In this document: piece by piece, positions 61,614 to 64,000 of the stretch
How the letters are laid out: every line of letters starts with the position of its first letter
How positions within the stretch are numbered: position 1 is the first letter of the stretch
Source: Paraphysomonas bandaiensis
Lineage: Eukaryota > Protista > Chrysophyceae
Length of the DNA: 64,000 nt
Assembly (NCBI GenBank): GCA_965644295.1
Contig: CBFFRP010000115.1
Span: 62,001 to 126,000 of the forward strand
Direction: 5' to 3'
Notes under the pieces: model-generated
Databases searched by the model: none
What the model saw: only the letters and a program-made list of their open reading frames with translations
Told to the model about the DNA's origin: nothing
Made by a program: the position numbers and the translations under genes

Positions 61614-62325
61614 ATGCAGCAACTCAAATCAGCTATTGACTTCTACATGCCTGTGGTCAAACTAAGCCACCGCAATACAGTTTGCCGCCTCTATAGACGT
61701 GCTCTAAGAGAGTGTTTTAATTGGGCAGAGTGCCGAGAAATGTTCATCGACGAAGCCACTGAAGTACGCGCTCGATTTGATGCTAATAAAAATGCAGGTA
61801 AGAAATAAATCAGTCACTGATTCATATTTTTTTATTTATATGTGTGTATATATAATTCGGAGTGATAGATATAGACGTATATGTGTTTTATGGGGTTTAT
61901 GTACAGGACTTGCTGAAAGTAAACGCCTAATTAAAGAAGCTGAAGAAGAGCTGTTGTATCACAAGCACCCTGATCCTTATGTAAACCCGCATATGCCTGG
62001 GGGAAGTTCATTCATGAGAAACCCCGCTGTGCCCCTGGAAGTAGTCTACCCGTCCGGTATTCCCGATCACTACAAGAGGTATGTTTAAAACTTAACATGC
62101 TCATTTCTAGTGGAATATGTGTTTAAGTCAATGTCTACTTCTTCTTTAAATGTAAAATTGCTTTGGCTTCGTTCGATTTAAAATGTTGGAAACTGGAGAT
62201 TAATATTGTTTCGCAGACGTCAATTGAATATTGACATGTCGTACGTGAAGGAAGGTCAAAAATATGCCGACAAGAACTTTGTAGACTTTGTCAACAAGGA
62301 ATACTGGATTGAGCGCGGGTCTTGA
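61614..62325 (+). CDS. NDUFB9: NADH:ubiquinone oxidoreductase subunit B22 (LYR family), 3 exons
   Basis: VCRLYRRALRECFNW..RARFDANKN; EAEEELLYHKHPDPYVNPHMPGGSSFMRN; third exon ends EYWIERGS* at 62325. Confidence 0.93.
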
Positions 62326-62729
62326 ACCTACCTAGTTGTGTAATCATATCTCTACAAAGCCGTGTGAAACGCATGCACCTGTTTGTTAGGTTGGATACAT
62401 TGATACACGGGTTCGTAAGTCAATTACACCAAAAACTGTGACAATAAGAAAGTTTAATAAATATGCATTCAGTAGTTACCTGATTTTCTAAATTTATATG
62501 TTGTTGCAGCTTCCATTTTGAGGGAAGACAAGTTGCAACTGCGACTGAAGTGCGAGGAAATCTCCATTCTGAGTTACTTTTACTCAATTTAGCTGTAAAT
62601 ACCAAAAATTTCAATTCATGAGCGAATTTAAACAATGTATATACTTTAAACAATATATTTCAAGCAGGGATAATGAACAATATACTGTTAATTGATAGGG
62701 TCCCATCTATAATACTGAATACTGATGGA

Positions 62730-63685
62730 GTAATTAATGTTGAGTTTTGCTGTTTGAGCAATTAAAGCTGCAATTCTAAGGTATTGGAATTATGACCGTT
62801 AGTCGAGGAACACAGCAGTGGTAAACAGTATTATGAGAACTAACAATATGATAGCTACTGTAGTAATTAGTAATGAAACTGAATATAATATATTGATCAT
62901 GCAAGATAGCAAGATAGTGACGATGTACGATGTAAGATCGTACGAGAAATGATTGGTCGTAGTGATAACATGAAATTGATTATTATAATTTATAATAACT
63001 ATGACAAGATTAATGAGTGAATACACGTCTAGTTAACTTAGTAAGTCATCCAATTACAATTAAAACTGCCCAACAAGGACTCATTTACAATATATTAGTG
63101 TTATTAATCACTACTTAAAATTAAAATCACATGCGTAGATTTCATTTTTAGTACTAGCCATCAAGAGTGCCCCATTCCGTGTGCGTACCTGTAGAGTACA
63201 GAAATATCTGAATATTCTGTTCAGAGAATGAAGAAGAGCGGATTCCTGTCTATGCTACTTGAGCCCAATGTTGAGTGTTGCTGTTTGAGAGCAATGAAAA
63301 GCTGTAGAATACAAAGTGGTTAACTGTATTATAAGAACTAATGTCATATATATTGTAGCAATCGTAGTAGTAAAACTGAAATATATTGACGGTATAAGTT
63401 CGCGACATCTAAGGTTGTATAAAAATGATTGGTAGTTGAGGCAATGTTCTACGCGTGTTTTAATGTTACTTTGTTCTAAAATATTACTTGAGTAGTTTAC
63501 AAGAATTTTTATAGTTCCCCATTCCGAGTGTGTGCCCTAGTACACTGCTAGTGTTAATTAATGTTATATGTTCTACTCGACAATAATTCAAGACTGGGTT
63601 TCCGTTTACTTGTTGATGAGAAATTAGATATACTATAATGTTGTGACTAGTCAGATATTTCAACCATTCAGACGAGGTTTAACCT
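62730..63685. mobile_element. Degenerate relative of the MULE-like element at 236-1276, with internal tandem duplication
   Basis: 63203-63265 is the reverse complement of ~509-570; 63643-63680 resembles the TIR; diverged direct repeats start AATGTTGAGT.TTGCTGTTTGAG at 62736 and 63267. Confidence 0.55.
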
Positions 63686-64000
63686 TCCACGTTAAAATAT
63701 AAATAACTATATCAGGGCCTGGTAACCATTAATAGTAGTCCACTTTCCGGCAATTAGAGATAGCGTGGTGCTCCTTAATTACTAATCTTAATCCCTTAAA
63801 TAACAGTTTACGAATAGTAACTACACATCATCAGTATGTTGTTCCTCAGAAAACAATTTTCTAACTCATATAGCACAAAGTTGCCACAAAGTAGCTGTAA
63901 AGCGGCATCATCATGAACATTACTTAGAGTTTCTTCGGAGTGTAGGGTATAGGCTATAGAGGAGGAGACACTATATCATAAAAACACTTTATTCTACATA

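Noticed and set aside
61107-61622. YVCM/HTYI repeat ORFs
   Set aside because: Translations of the (TATG)n microsatellite.
1-64000. tRNA, rRNA, CRISPR arrays, prokaryotic operons
   Set aside because: None recognised; the window is spliceosomal-intron-rich eukaryotic DNA and its tandem repeats lack unique spacers.

Overview
Intron-rich eukaryotic nuclear DNA, most likely a flagellate stramenopile such as a chrysophyte. This is inferred from a mastigoneme-type EGF gene with PTGQ repeats, a division-1-type chitin synthase and short GT-AG introns. About 15 intact protein genes: PAM2-motif protein, villin, chitin synthase, CIP2A-like ARM/coiled-coil protein, LRR + Sfi1-like repeat protein, TRM112, PTGQ-mucin/mastigoneme-EGF protein, methylmalonyl-CoA mutase, SmB, a coiled-coil protein, DUF218 protein, two small paralogous orphans, an N-acylated F-box/LRR protein and NDUFB9. 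From ~12.5 kb on, genes alternate strand strictly, and mobile DNA sits in the tail-to-tail gaps. Mobile DNA: a MULE-like element with 9-bp TSD, a piggyBac-like remnant, hAT-like MITEs, an unclassified ~500-bp repeat that forms fold-backs, and a 5.06-kb Ty3/gypsy chromovirus-like element with identical LTRs but no recognisable RT. Best leads: (1) the LTR element has no tRNA PBS but has a Tf1-like self-priming duplex; (2) a 165-nt structured RNA-like element is duplicated (164/165 identical) in two villin introns; (3) the strict head-to-head gene-pair architecture; (4) a divergent pair of orphan paralogs sharing a repeated GRD..RM motif. All family assignments come from motif recognition by eye, not from searches.
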